Of a DNA stretch of 64,000 nt, positions 10,222 to 19,501 are shown in pieces; the stretch's first letter is position 1, and every line of letters begins with the position of its first letter. Position numbers and translations under genes: made by a program. The stretch spans positions 8,801 through 72,800 of the forward strand of contig CAVFFP010000003.1 of the NCBI GenBank assembly GCA_963621825.1. The letters are read 5' to 3'. The notes beneath the pieces are model-generated. The model searched no databases. It had not been told where the DNA came from and saw nothing but the letters and a program-made list of their open reading frames with translations. This DNA comes from a bacterium. GTDB lineage: Bacteria > Bacillota_I > Bacilli_A > RFN20 > CAG-288.

Positions 10222-10455
10222 ATGAAAGACCGTATCGAAAGAACATATAAGAAAAAGCCTAGACATTCTTTGAAGACTGCCATGCTCTTGATGGTTGCTT
10301 TTACTGCGGTCGTCTCTGCTTCGTCCATCGCCATACTTTCTATTTACGGTAGAGAGAACAGTGAAATGTCAAAGAAAATCGACAATTATTCTGTTCAGAT
10401 CGATTATCTTGAAAAAGAAAACGGTGACTCCAATCAGCTTTACAATAGAAAGTAA
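10222..10455 (+). CDS. ftsL: FtsL-like small bitopic division protein
   Basis: 77 aa, basic N-terminus, one TM helix, short C-terminal coiled-coil-like tail; in the ftsL position after rsmH. Confidence 0.5.
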   Translation: MKDRIERTYKKKPRHSLKTAMLLMVAFTAVVSASSIAILSIYGRENSEMSKKIDNYSVQIDYLEKENGDSNQLYNRK

Positions 10456-10499
10456 TCACAAAGACAATAATTTCAATACCCTATAATACGCAATGAAAC

Positions 10500-10546
10500 A
10501 GAGGTTGCTGAGACAAGTAAGACAGTCGGCAACCTCTTTTTCTTTG
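10500..10546 (+). terminator. Hairpin plus T-tract after ftsL-like gene (AGAGGTTGC...GCAACCTCT TTTTCTTT)
   Basis: seen directly; 9-bp stem with a long (20 nt) loop, so only moderate confidence. Confidence 0.45.
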
Positions 10547-10631
10547 TCGTAAGAACGGAAACAGCGGAAACAGAATGCTTTTAGGCCGTTTAAACGCCAT
10601 AAAGAGATGAGATGATATAATATTCAGAAAC

Positions 10632-10687
10632 AAAAAAGGATGCCTTATAGCCGCTATATACGGCGTCAGGCATCCTTTCTTTTATTT
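10632..10687 (-). terminator. Rho-independent terminator of thrS (bidirectional: A6 / AGGATGCC...GGCATCCT / TTTCTTTTATTT)
   Basis: seen directly; the hairpin begins right after the thrS stop codon on the minus strand. Confidence 0.65.
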
Positions 10688-12623
10688 AGTAGTGACGATA
10701 AGGAGCTCTTGTAGAGATATCGGTTTCGATGATCTTGATGAACTCTTTCTCAGTTACAGTCTTGGAGGCTGTTTCATGATAGAGACGATAGGTGATATTA
10801 CCTTGTTCGGCTTCCTTGGGTCCTAATACGATAGTATAAGGGACCTTCATGACCTGAGAGTCATGAATCTTATAGGAAAGCTTTTCGTTTCTGTCATCAA
10901 TCTTAGAACGGACATTCTTCTTAAGGAGCTTCTTGTTGAGGTCGTTAGCAAGCTTAACGACATTCTCATCATTGTTGACAGCGATGATTCTGACCTGTTC
11001 TGGATGGAGCCAAGTCGGGAATGCGCCCTTGAAGTTTTCGGTGATGATACCGAGGAAACGTTCAAAGGAACCAAAGATTGCTCTATGAAGCATGACAGGT
11101 TCTTTCAACTTGCCATCTTTATCGACATAAGTGAGTCCGAAACGGTGAGGAAGCTGCATATCGAGCTGAATGGTTCCGCACTGCCAGACACGGTTCAGGG
11201 AGTCTCTGATCTTGAAGTCGAGCTTCGGACCATAGAAAGCACCATCTCCTTCATTGACTTCGTAAGGAAGGTTGTTTTCTTCTAAGCAGGCCTTCAGTTC
11301 AGCTTCTGCTTTATCCCAAGTGGAAATCTTTCCGACAAATCTTTCAGGACGTGTGGAAAGTTCAACGGAATAGGAAAGACCAAAGGTCTTATAGACATAT
11401 CCGAACATCTTGATCATCTTACGGATTTCATCACCAATCTGATCGAAAGCCAAGAGGATATGGGCATCATCCTGGGTGAATGCACGGACACGGAAGAGAC
11501 CGTTTAAAGCACCGCTTGCTTCGTGACGGTGGTCAAGACCGAACTCTGCATAACGCAAAGGAAGGTCACGATAAGAGTGGATGCTGTTCTGATAGACGAG
11601 AATTGCGCCAGGGCAGTTCATCGGCTTGATAGCATAAGGTTTGCCGTCAACCTTGGTGATGTACATGTTTTCCTTGTACTTTTTCCAGTGGCCAGAAGTT
11701 TCCCAAAGTTCACGGGAAAGCATCTGAGGAGTCTTCAGGAAGGAGTAACCATATTCTTTCGTGAGGAGATCCCAGAGGAAGTTTTCCAGCTCGTGACGGA
11801 TGATCATGCCGTTAGGGAGCCAGAAAGGAAGACCAGGTCCATAATCGGAGAACATGAAGAGACCTAACTGGGTTCCAAGTCTCTTATGATCTGCTTCTTT
11901 TCTCTCTTCGAGAAGTTTGAGATAGTTATCCAACTCTTCCTGGGAGAAGAAAGCAGTTCCATAGATACGTGTCAAAGAATCATTGTCCTTGTTTCCCTGG
12001 AAATAGCAGGAAGAAGTGGACATGATCTTGATGGCCTTGATATCTTTAGTGGTTCTGACATGGGGACCAAGGCAGAGATCCTTGAAGTCGCCCTGAGAAT
12101 AGACAGAAAGGGATTCGCCTTTGTCGGCGAGTTCGTGGATGTGAATCAGTTTGTATTTCTGATCCTTGAAAAGTTCCTCCGCTTCTTTGATGGAGACATT
12201 GGTTCTTACGATAGGCTGCTTTTCAGAGACAATCTTCTTCATCTCCTGCTCGATCTTTGGGAAGTCGTTCTCGGAAATCGGACGAGGAAGCTTCATATCA
12301 TAATAGAAGCCATCATCAGTAGCAGGTCCATAGGCGAACTGAACGCCAGGGAAAAGATGCTGAATTGCTTCTGCCATCAAATGGGCAGCAGAGTGACGGA
12401 GAACATGGAGTGCATCCGGGGAGGACTTTGTGATTGCCTCGAAGGTGCAATTGTCCGGCAATACTTCATTCAGATCGAAAAGATTGCCATTGACTTTGCA
12501 GCATATTGCCTTTTCTGCAAGGGAGAGGGAGATGCTTTTGCATGCTTCCAAGGCGGTGCTACCGTCTTTGATTTCTTTTTCGGAATGATCCGGTAAAATG
12601 ATTTTCATATTTGTGCCTTTCAA
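10686..12623 (-). CDS. thrS: Threonine--tRNA ligase
   Basis: 645 aa, TGS and second additional domain, class II core; no T-box leader (16 nt to the upstream gene). Confidence 0.95.
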   Translation of the reverse strand: MKGTNMKIILPDHSEKEIKDGSTALEACKSISLSLAEKAICCKVNGNLFDLNEVLPDNCTFEAITKSSPDALHVLRHSAAHLMAEAIQHLFPGVQFAYGPATDDGFYYDMKLPRPISENDFPKIEQEMKKIVSEKQPIVRTNVSIKEAEELFKDQKYKLIHIHELADKGESLSVYSQGDFKDLCLGPHVRTTKDIKAIKIMSTSSCYFQGNKDNDSLTRIYGTAFFSQEELDNYLKLLEERKEADHKRLGTQLGLFMFSDYGPGLPFWLPNGMIIRHELENFLWDLLTKEYGYSFLKTPQMLSRELWETSGHWKKYKENMYITKVDGKPYAIKPMNCPGAILVYQNSIHSYRDLPLRYAEFGLDHRHEASGALNGLFRVRAFTQDDAHILLAFDQIGDEIRKMIKMFGYVYKTFGLSYSVELSTRPERFVGKISTWDKAEAELKACLEENNLPYEVNEGDGAFYGPKLDFKIRDSLNRVWQCGTIQLDMQLPHRFGLTYVDKDGKLKEPVMLHRAIFGSFERFLGIITENFKGAFPTWLHPEQVRIIAVNNDENVVKLANDLNKKLLKKNVRSKIDDRNEKLSYKIHDSQVMKVPYTIVLGPKEAEQGNITYRLYHETASKTVTEKEFIKIIETDISTRAPYRHY

Positions 12624-12639
12624 TAAAACGTTAAGTATT

Positions 12640-13518
12640 TTACTTCTTTAAAACGTGCCACGCAAGTGCACCACCGCCAGCCAAGCCGACATCCTGGGTG
12701 AAAGAAGCGTATTTCAGAACAATAGGATTGAGGTTAAATGATGCGATTTTTTCGTTGGCTAATCTCTCTAAATCGTCAAAGAAGACGTCTTTGCTCTTCA
12801 TGACACCGCCGGAGATGGCATAGGAGTCGACATTGAAGAGTAACTGGAGGTTTCCAAACCAGGTGGCGAGCATGTCGATCCAGGTGTGATAAAGTGCTAC
12901 CATTTTCTCATCGTTGTCACGGATGCCTTGGAAGAAATCGGCAGCGCTATGAATGGAGATGCCGTTCAGCTTTGCTAAATTGACAATGCCGTTTCCCGAG
13001 AGAAGATATTCGGTCTGATAATCTTTTCCTTTGTAATTGATTGTCATTCTTCCGCCTTCAAGAGGAAGGTCAATCATTTCTCCACGATGTACGATTCCGA
13101 GGCCAATGCCTGTAGAAATCGTGACAAAGGCAGAGTTTGCATAGCCTTTGTTTGCGCCGTATTCTGCTTCGACAAGCGCAGAACAGTTGGCGTCATTGGC
13201 AAAATATAATTTTGCACCAGGGAAATCTCTTTTGAAAAGAGATTCGAAATCATAAGATGTAATACCAAGATTGCCGGTGAATCCGACCTGGTTGTTCTGC
13301 ACGATTCCACACATCGACATACCGATGGAATCGATAGTCTCCATATGAGCTTCCTCTTTTACGATGAGGATTAGTTCTTTCATCTTTGCATATAAGGCGT
13401 CCGGATTGTTTTTGATGGATGGAATGATACGGACGGAAAGGATATTCAGTTCAGCATCCATTGCAGCGACGCGGAGATTGGTGCCGCCGCAGTCTACGGA
13501 AATAATTTTGTCTGTCAT
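12640..13518 (-). CDS. glcK: ROK-family glucokinase
   Basis: ROK N-terminus ISVDCGGTNLRVAAMD and ROK sugar-kinase glycine motifs; 4-nt overlap with pyk. Confidence 0.8.
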   Translation of the reverse strand: MTDKIISVDCGGTNLRVAAMDAELNILSVRIIPSIKNNPDALYAKMKELILIVKEEAHMETIDSIGMSMCGIVQNNQVGFTGNLGITSYDFESLFKRDFPGAKLYFANDANCSALVEAEYGANKGYANSAFVTISTGIGLGIVHRGEMIDLPLEGGRMTINYKGKDYQTEYLLSGNGIVNLAKLNGISIHSAADFFQGIRDNDEKMVALYHTWIDMLATWFGNLQLLFNVDSYAISGGVMKSKDVFFDDLERLANEKIASFNLNPIVLKYASFTQDVGLAGGGALAWHVLKK

Positions 13519-14993
13519 TCGTTTTCATCCTCCAAGATTGAATTGTTGTCTGTGTCACGGACTGTAAGAACCTTCATGAAGTTCGTCTTTCCGGCACCGA
13601 CAGGTGTACCGCCTGTCATGATGATGTGACTGCCAGGGGCGATACCGTAATCTTTGGCTATTTTGAGCGAGAGAACTTCCATTTCCTCCGAGAACTGAGG
13701 GACTTTTTTTGTATGATAAGGATAGCAGGCATAGTAGAGCATGGAGTGAGTCAAAGCGTCCAAATCAGAGGAGACGACAAAGACAGGGCAGATCGGACGT
13801 GTCTTACTGATTCGGATGCCAGTCTGTCCGGAGACAGAGAAGCAGATAATCAGCTTTGCATTGATTAAGATTGCTGTGTCAGAGACAGCGGCAGCAATGG
13901 CGTCGTTGACTTTCTTGTTAGAAGTCTCGAATGCCTGATGGGAGGAAACCTCATAGTTGAAATGCTTTTCGACTTCCTTTGCGATACGGGCCTGCATATC
14001 GACAGATTCTACAGGATAAGAACCATTGGCGCTTTCACCTGAGAGCATGACAGCATCGCTTCCCTGATCGATAGCCAAAGAGACGTCGCTGACTTCGGCA
14101 CGAGTCGGGAACGGATTGTGAATCATGGAGTCAAGCATCTGGGTGGCTGTGATGACCGGTTTTCCTAACTTACGGCAGGTATTGATCATATAGCGCTGAT
14201 AGGTAGGAACCTCTTCTGGAGGGATTTCGACAGCTAAGTCGCCTCTGGCGACCATGATGCCATCGCTTTCGCGGATGATGCTATCGAGATTTTCGATGGA
14301 TTCCGTATTTTCAATCTTAGAAATGATGAGGATGTTTTTTCCGCCGTGGGAATCAAGAAGTGCTCTCATATCTCGGATATCCTGTACACTTCTGACAAAG
14401 GAAGCGGAAACCAAATCGACATGCTCTTCGCATCCGAAGATAAGATCGCTCTTATCCTGTTCGGAAAGGTAAGGCATGGTAAGATGGACACCAGGGCAAT
14501 TGACACCACGTCTGTTCTTACAGGTGTGATCATTGCCGATAAGGCAGACGAGTTCTCGATTCGCACTGTCCTTTTCCTGGACGATGAGTTCGAGGTTTCC
14601 GTCATCGAGGCGGATAACGCTTCCTACTTTGCAGTCATTATATAAATTCTTATAGGTTACACCAAAAGCCTTGCTGTTACCGATTTTCTCGGTGCCCATA
14701 TAGATTCTGGTTGTCTCACCTTTTTTGAACTCAGCAAAACCACCTTCAAATTCTCCGGTTCTGATTTCAGGGCCCTTTGTATCGAGACAGATAGGGATGA
14801 TGAGGTTCTCTTCTCTTTCAATCTCACGAAGAGTACGGATTTTCTGAAGATGCTCCTCATGTGAGCCATGTGAGAAATTGAGTCTCATGCAGGTCATGCC
14901 AGAAGCAAGAAGCTTCTTCATCATCGGCTTATCTTGGCTGGCGGGACCGATAGTACAGACAATTTTTGTTTTTTTGTCGATTCTATAATTCAT
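13515..14993 (-). CDS. pyk: Pyruvate kinase
   Basis: KIVCTIGPAS N-terminus and PK barrel/C-terminal domains. I place the start at ATG 14993 (AAGGAG-N7-ATG) rather than the GTG-extended ORF at 15014. Confidence 0.9.
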   Translation of the reverse strand: MNYRIDKKTKIVCTIGPASQDKPMMKKLLASGMTCMRLNFSHGSHEEHLQKIRTLREIEREENLIIPICLDTKGPEIRTGEFEGGFAEFKKGETTRIYMGTEKIGNSKAFGVTYKNLYNDCKVGSVIRLDDGNLELIVQEKDSANRELVCLIGNDHTCKNRRGVNCPGVHLTMPYLSEQDKSDLIFGCEEHVDLVSASFVRSVQDIRDMRALLDSHGGKNILIISKIENTESIENLDSIIRESDGIMVARGDLAVEIPPEEVPTYQRYMINTCRKLGKPVITATQMLDSMIHNPFPTRAEVSDVSLAIDQGSDAVMLSGESANGSYPVESVDMQARIAKEVEKHFNYEVSSHQAFETSNKKVNDAIAAAVSDTAILINAKLIICFSVSGQTGIRISKTRPICPVFVVSSDLDALTHSMLYYACYPYHTKKVPQFSEEMEVLSLKIAKDYGIAPGSHIIMTGGTPVGAGKTNFMKVLTVRDTDNNSILEDENE

Positions 14994-15123
14994 GTGGGTT
15001 CTCCTTCGAAACACGAAATGATTAGAAATTACCCTATTATTCTACCAATAGCAAAAGGATTTTTAAAGATGATATAACTTATAACATAGTGATATTTCTT
15101 CTTATTTGGTATAATTTTAGTGT

Positions 15124-16368
15124 ATGAACATTATTGAACCGAATTCCTGTTTTTCCATCCAGATGGATTTTACCTTATCCGAGACGGATTTTTCTGTTCT
15201 CGCGTTACTTTATCTTCCAATCATAAAATCTGATGCTTACCTGCTCTATGATGTCTTCTACAAGATGAATGACATGATTCAGCTGGAAGGGAAGATGACG
15301 CACGAAGATTTCTTTGAGATGACCGGATTTGATTCCGTCCGTTTTCTGAAGGCAAGAGAAAAATTAGAGGCTATCGGTCTTCTTGAGACGTATCGTAAGG
15401 AGAATGACACAGCTCAGGGAAGAAATGTGTTATATGTCTATCGTGTCATACCGATTGCAAGTCCGAAAAAATTTTTCAGAGATCCGATTCTGAAAAATCT
15501 GCTTCAGCAGAATGTCTCTTCGAGAAAGTATAATCGACTTTTAAACTATTTCAAAAAGGATGAGGATAAAGCTCTCGATGACTACGATTCTGTCGGTGCA
15601 AGATTCCATGATGTTTTCTCCGTTGCACTTTCCGAAGAGGATCTTAACAAGGTAAATGATGTCGAAGAAAAGAAATACAAAGAGATTTCTAAGTTTTCCT
15701 CTGCTCTTTTAGAAGAGTATCTGATTGCATCGAACTTACCGGTAGAGAAACTGAAACCATACCTGAATCATATCGAGGACGATGCGAAACTCTATGGACT
15801 CGATGAAAAGACAGTCCTTCGACTGATTGAGGAATCCTTAGATACCGAATTCAATTTCTATCTGGATCAGTTTGAGGCAAAGGCTCGAAAACAGAATTCT
15901 TATATCCGTCAAGAAAGAGAGAACAAAGACAAGGTAGCTTTAGGAAAAGGGGAATCTTCCAAGAGCGTTAAAATCTATACCTCAACAACGCCGAAACAAT
16001 ATCTTCAGGCTTTTTTCCATGCGGAACCTAGCACCTATATGCTAAAGACAGTCGAAGATTTAAGACAAAGATACGGCTTTGATAACGGTGTCATCAATGT
16101 CATACTGGATTATTGCCTTAAGAAGACGGGGAAAGAGTTCAATTCACTATTGATTGATAAAGTTGCTAGCACTTTGTCTGCAAAGGAAGTTAATGACTGT
16201 TATTCTGCAATTGTATTCCTTAAGGAAAGAGATTTTAAATTCTCTGAAACGAAGAGAAAAGCTTCCTCTCCAAAAGTGAAAGAGATGAAAAAAGAAGAGC
16301 CTGAAGAAGAAAAAGATGAAGTGACAAAAGAAGATCTTTTGAAACTTTCTGAGGGATTAGGATTATGA
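15124..16368 (+). CDS. Replication initiation and membrane attachment protein, B. subtilis DnaB type (DnaD-like superfamily, not the helicase)
   Basis: N-terminal similarity to Bsu DnaB (LSETDFSVLALLYLPIIKSDAYLLYDVF); followed by a dnaI-like gene with a 4-nt overlap, as in the Bsu dnaB-dnaI operon; extended-10 promoter TGgTATAAT upstream. Confidence 0.6.
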   Translation: MNIIEPNSCFSIQMDFTLSETDFSVLALLYLPIIKSDAYLLYDVFYKMNDMIQLEGKMTHEDFFEMTGFDSVRFLKAREKLEAIGLLETYRKENDTAQGRNVLYVYRVIPIASPKKFFRDPILKNLLQQNVSSRKYNRLLNYFKKDEDKALDDYDSVGARFHDVFSVALSEEDLNKVNDVEEKKYKEISKFSSALLEEYLIASNLPVEKLKPYLNHIEDDAKLYGLDEKTVLRLIEESLDTEFNFYLDQFEAKARKQNSYIRQERENKDKVALGKGESSKSVKIYTSTTPKQYLQAFFHAEPSTYMLKTVEDLRQRYGFDNGVINVILDYCLKKTGKEFNSLLIDKVASTLSAKEVNDCYSAIVFLKERDFKFSETKRKASSPKVKEMKKEEPEEEKDEVTKEDLLKLSEGLGL

Positions 16369-17342
16369 AAGAAAACGATACCGTCTTACCGATTTCACAA
16401 AAACAAGGACATGTTACTGTTGAAACTGACTCAGAAAGCTTTACTGAACTAGAGGAAGAGGTCATGGAGTTCATTCATAGTGACACTTTAGCATGTTCAC
16501 GTATTCGTCCTTATATGAAATCGCACAAGACCGTGGAGAACTCGCTTGGCGATCTTTACTCCTATAAGTCAGATCGTGACTTATGTCTTTCCTGTGGCAA
16601 AAAACTGTTGTCTTGTCCAAAGAAGGACAAAAAGGGTTATCAGTTAGAACCATATTATGTCAAAGAAGATGATAGAATCCGTTTCCAGTATGTTCCGTGT
16701 CCCTATCTGATTGATATGAACAGAGTCTTAGACCATATTTCTCCTTGTGACTGTGGAACGACAACGTTAGTCGAAGATGCTAACTCTCTTTTAGAATCCT
16801 TGTTCAAGGGTGACAACATCAAAAAACAGCAAGGCATTGCATCTATCTTCCTTGCTTCCATGAACGATATCAACAACAAAGAAAAAATGGAAACAGGTAT
16901 CGCCTTTGCCTGTGCCAATGCTACAGAAAAACTTTCTTCCTCTCTTCTTCGCTTAGTCGCCTATCTATATGCAAAGCACGGACATTCCGTCGCTTATATT
17001 GATACAAACAAATACTTCAAACAGCTTTTCTCCGGATATTATGAATTATCCTCTGTAGCTGAAAAAGAACTGAAATCATTGATGAAAGCCGATGCTGTCT
17101 TCTTTGAAAATTTGGATGAAATGCCATATCTTGATGATGACAGAGTGAAGAAATATCTGCTTCCCCTTTTCAAAGAGAGGGGAAGTGAAGGCAAAGTCAA
17201 TTTCGCTTCCTTATTAAAACCGAACCGTCTATCTTCTATCGTATACAGAAACAAGAATCTCACCTATACGAAGGATGAACTTTTATCTTCCTTCTCTTCT
17301 TTGTTCCATTATGTTGTCATTCACGATTTAGATCTTCGCTGA
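16365..17342 (+). CDS. dnaI: DnaI-like helicase-loader paralog with degenerate Walker A
   Basis: N-terminal zinc-binding region matches DnaI (CLSCGKK..SCPKK..GYQLEPYYV..YVPCPY vs Bsu CSYCSEDENC..GYHPKLV..YYECP). At the AAA+ P-loop position GxxGxGKT is replaced by GIAFACANATEKLS. Confidence 0.6.
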   Translation: MKENDTVLPISQKQGHVTVETDSESFTELEEEVMEFIHSDTLACSRIRPYMKSHKTVENSLGDLYSYKSDRDLCLSCGKKLLSCPKKDKKGYQLEPYYVKEDDRIRFQYVPCPYLIDMNRVLDHISPCDCGTTTLVEDANSLLESLFKGDNIKKQQGIASIFLASMNDINNKEKMETGIAFACANATEKLSSSLLRLVAYLYAKHGHSVAYIDTNKYFKQLFSGYYELSSVAEKELKSLMKADAVFFENLDEMPYLDDDRVKKYLLPLFKERGSEGKVNFASLLKPNRLSSIVYRNKNLTYTKDELLSSFSSLFHYVVIHDLDLR

Positions 17343-17393
17343 ATTTGTACGATTCCTTCTATCTGACGATATATTCAGTAGGAGGAAGTTTGT

Positions 17394-18557
17394 ATGTTAC
17401 TTCAAAGCCAAGAGTCAGACTGTGGGAAAACAGTAGTGAGGAATCTTCTTTCCCTACTTTTTCATGACAAAGGATTTTATACGGAGAAGCTTTTTACGCC
17501 GTGCAAAACCTTCTATGATATAAGGTCGGAATTAAGACGTTACGACATCATGTATCAGTCCTGTCATGTTGATGACATCAGAGATATCAAAAAAGAGATG
17601 TTTCCATTGATATGCCAGATGATTCAGGGAGATTATTACCATTTTGTAATCGTAACATCCTTGACGATGCATAAGGTTGAACTTCTGGATCCTTGCTTTG
17701 GAAGCATGACGATTCCGATAGAAGAGTTTCTCTTTTCCTTCACTGGGAAACTGATGATTTTCACCTCTTCAGGTAAGAAGAGAAAGGCCAAAAAGAGCAA
17801 ATGTCTATTAAAGGCTTATGAAGTGGTTTTATATGTCATCTGCTTTCTTTTTCAGGCTACATCCATTTGCACCGCTCTTCTATTTACCGGAAAAGAAAAT
17901 CCTTTTCTACCTTGTCTTTTATCCGCGTTGATTTTCTTTGTCTTTGTACTGCTTCAGAATTCATTGAATCAAATCGTCAGACATCGGTTAGAGAAGGAAC
18001 TGATCATTTCTGATCTATCAAACGTGAAGAATAAAGATCGTTTCAGCCATGTTTATCGGTTGATCACGGATACCGTGAAATGTTATTCCAATGCATGTTC
18101 GTATGCAGTTTTGATTGTCGGACTTGCTGTTTTGATTCTGATCAGCTCTTACTTCATGGCTTTTCTCATTTTGATTTCTGTTCTTTTTTATCTTATCCGA
18201 ACGCCGTTACAAGAAGAAAGGAATGCGTGCAACAGATATTGTTCTCTTGCGGAGCAATACTTTTTCCATCAGATTCAGAATGGAAGGGAAGAAGAGGCCA
18301 AAAGAACCTATAGCATGATGCGTAAAAGAGGTGAACTTCTCTTGTTTACCATTGTGTTCAGTTGGGTGCTTGAAGCGTTCTCGTTCATGATTTTCTCTTT
18401 TGCCATCTTCACGATATCGAAGACCTATTCCATCAACGCAGTCCTTTTTATGACGAGTCTAAGCATTTCCTTTTCTTATGCGATCCAATCTATGATGAAG
18501 ATATTAGAGTATCCCGCAAAAAAGGCGAAGGAAATCAACGCGTTAGCAGACGAATGA
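17394..18557 (+). CDS. Peptidase C39 (bacteriocin-processing) domain fused to a ~6-TM membrane domain; no ABC ATPase domain
   Basis: QSQESDCG (catalytic Cys), HFVIV (His), LDP (Asp) in the first 130 aa; hydrophobic TM segments afterwards; ORF ends at 387 aa with no NBD motifs, and the next gene is ybeY. Confidence 0.55.
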   Translation: MLLQSQESDCGKTVVRNLLSLLFHDKGFYTEKLFTPCKTFYDIRSELRRYDIMYQSCHVDDIRDIKKEMFPLICQMIQGDYYHFVIVTSLTMHKVELLDPCFGSMTIPIEEFLFSFTGKLMIFTSSGKKRKAKKSKCLLKAYEVVLYVICFLFQATSICTALLFTGKENPFLPCLLSALIFFVFVLLQNSLNQIVRHRLEKELIISDLSNVKNKDRFSHVYRLITDTVKCYSNACSYAVLIVGLAVLILISSYFMAFLILISVLFYLIRTPLQEERNACNRYCSLAEQYFFHQIQNGREEEAKRTYSMMRKRGELLLFTIVFSWVLEAFSFMIFSFAIFTISKTYSINAVLFMTSLSISFSYAIQSMMKILEYPAKKAKEINALADE

Positions 18558-18631
18558 AGGAAAAGTAGAAGAAACACTTAAATTAAGGTTAATTTTGCTA
18601 TATACTTTAGTATATATGGGGGTAACCTTTC

Positions 18632-19501
18632 ATGGTAAGTGATCATATTTTAGACTATGTGTCCTGTGTCAAATCAAAACGTTCCTGGAAAAAACTTTTC
18701 CAGATTGTTTTTGATCATACATTGGCCTATCTGAAGAAGGAAGGATCTTATGAAGTCTCCTTGTCTCTTCAGTCTTTGGACAAGATGCAGGAGTACAATA
18801 AACAGTATCGTAATATTGATAGACCGACGGATGTCTTGACCTTCGCCTATCAGGAAGCGGATTTTGTATCGGATGAGCCTATCTTTGATTTAGGAGACAT
18901 CATGCTTTCTGTCGATATCGCTAAGAAACAGGCCAAAGAATTTTCTCATCCTTTGGAAAGAGAGCTGGCTTTCTTATTCATCCACGGTCTTCTTCATGCT
19001 TTTGGTTATGATCACCATCGTAGTGAACAGGAAGCCGAAGAGATGTTTGCACTTCAGAATGCGATCCTTAATTCTCTTCCCTACGATTTCTATACGGATC
19101 AGAAGAAAGTCAAAAAACTTCTTTTGGAAGCACAGAGACATTCCATCTCTCCTTATTCCAACTTCAAAGTCGGCGCTGTAGTCTTGACAAAGGACGGAAA
19201 GTACCATTCTGGCTTCAACATTGAAAATTCCGCCTTTGGTGTTTCTATGTGCGCGGAAAGATGCGCTCTGTTCCATACCTATGCTTCGGGATATACAAAG
19301 GATGATATCGTATCCTTGTCCCTTATCACTTCTTCCACGAATGTCGGAACACCTTGTGGAAGCTGCAGACAGGTCATGAGCGAATTGATGAATATCAATT
19401 GCCCTGTCTATATCTACAACAAAGATGAATCAGAACATCTCTTCACTACGGTGAAAGATCTCTTGCCCTATATGTTCACTTCGGAGGATTATCACGCATG
19501 A
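18632..19501 (+). CDS. ybeY: Fusion protein: endoribonuclease YbeY (N-terminal) plus cytidine deaminase Cdd (C-terminal)
   Basis: YbeY zinc motif FIHGLLHAFGYDHH in residues 1-155; Cdd motifs APYSNFKVGAVV, CAERCALF, PCGSCRQV in residues 160-289; continuous ORF. Confidence 0.85.
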   Translation: MVSDHILDYVSCVKSKRSWKKLFQIVFDHTLAYLKKEGSYEVSLSLQSLDKMQEYNKQYRNIDRPTDVLTFAYQEADFVSDEPIFDLGDIMLSVDIAKKQAKEFSHPLERELAFLFIHGLLHAFGYDHHRSEQEAEEMFALQNAILNSLPYDFYTDQKKVKKLLLEAQRHSISPYSNFKVGAVVLTKDGKYHSGFNIENSAFGVSMCAERCALFHTYASGYTKDDIVSLSLITSSTNVGTPCGSCRQVMSELMNINCPVYIYNKDESEHLFTTVKDLLPYMFTSEDYHA

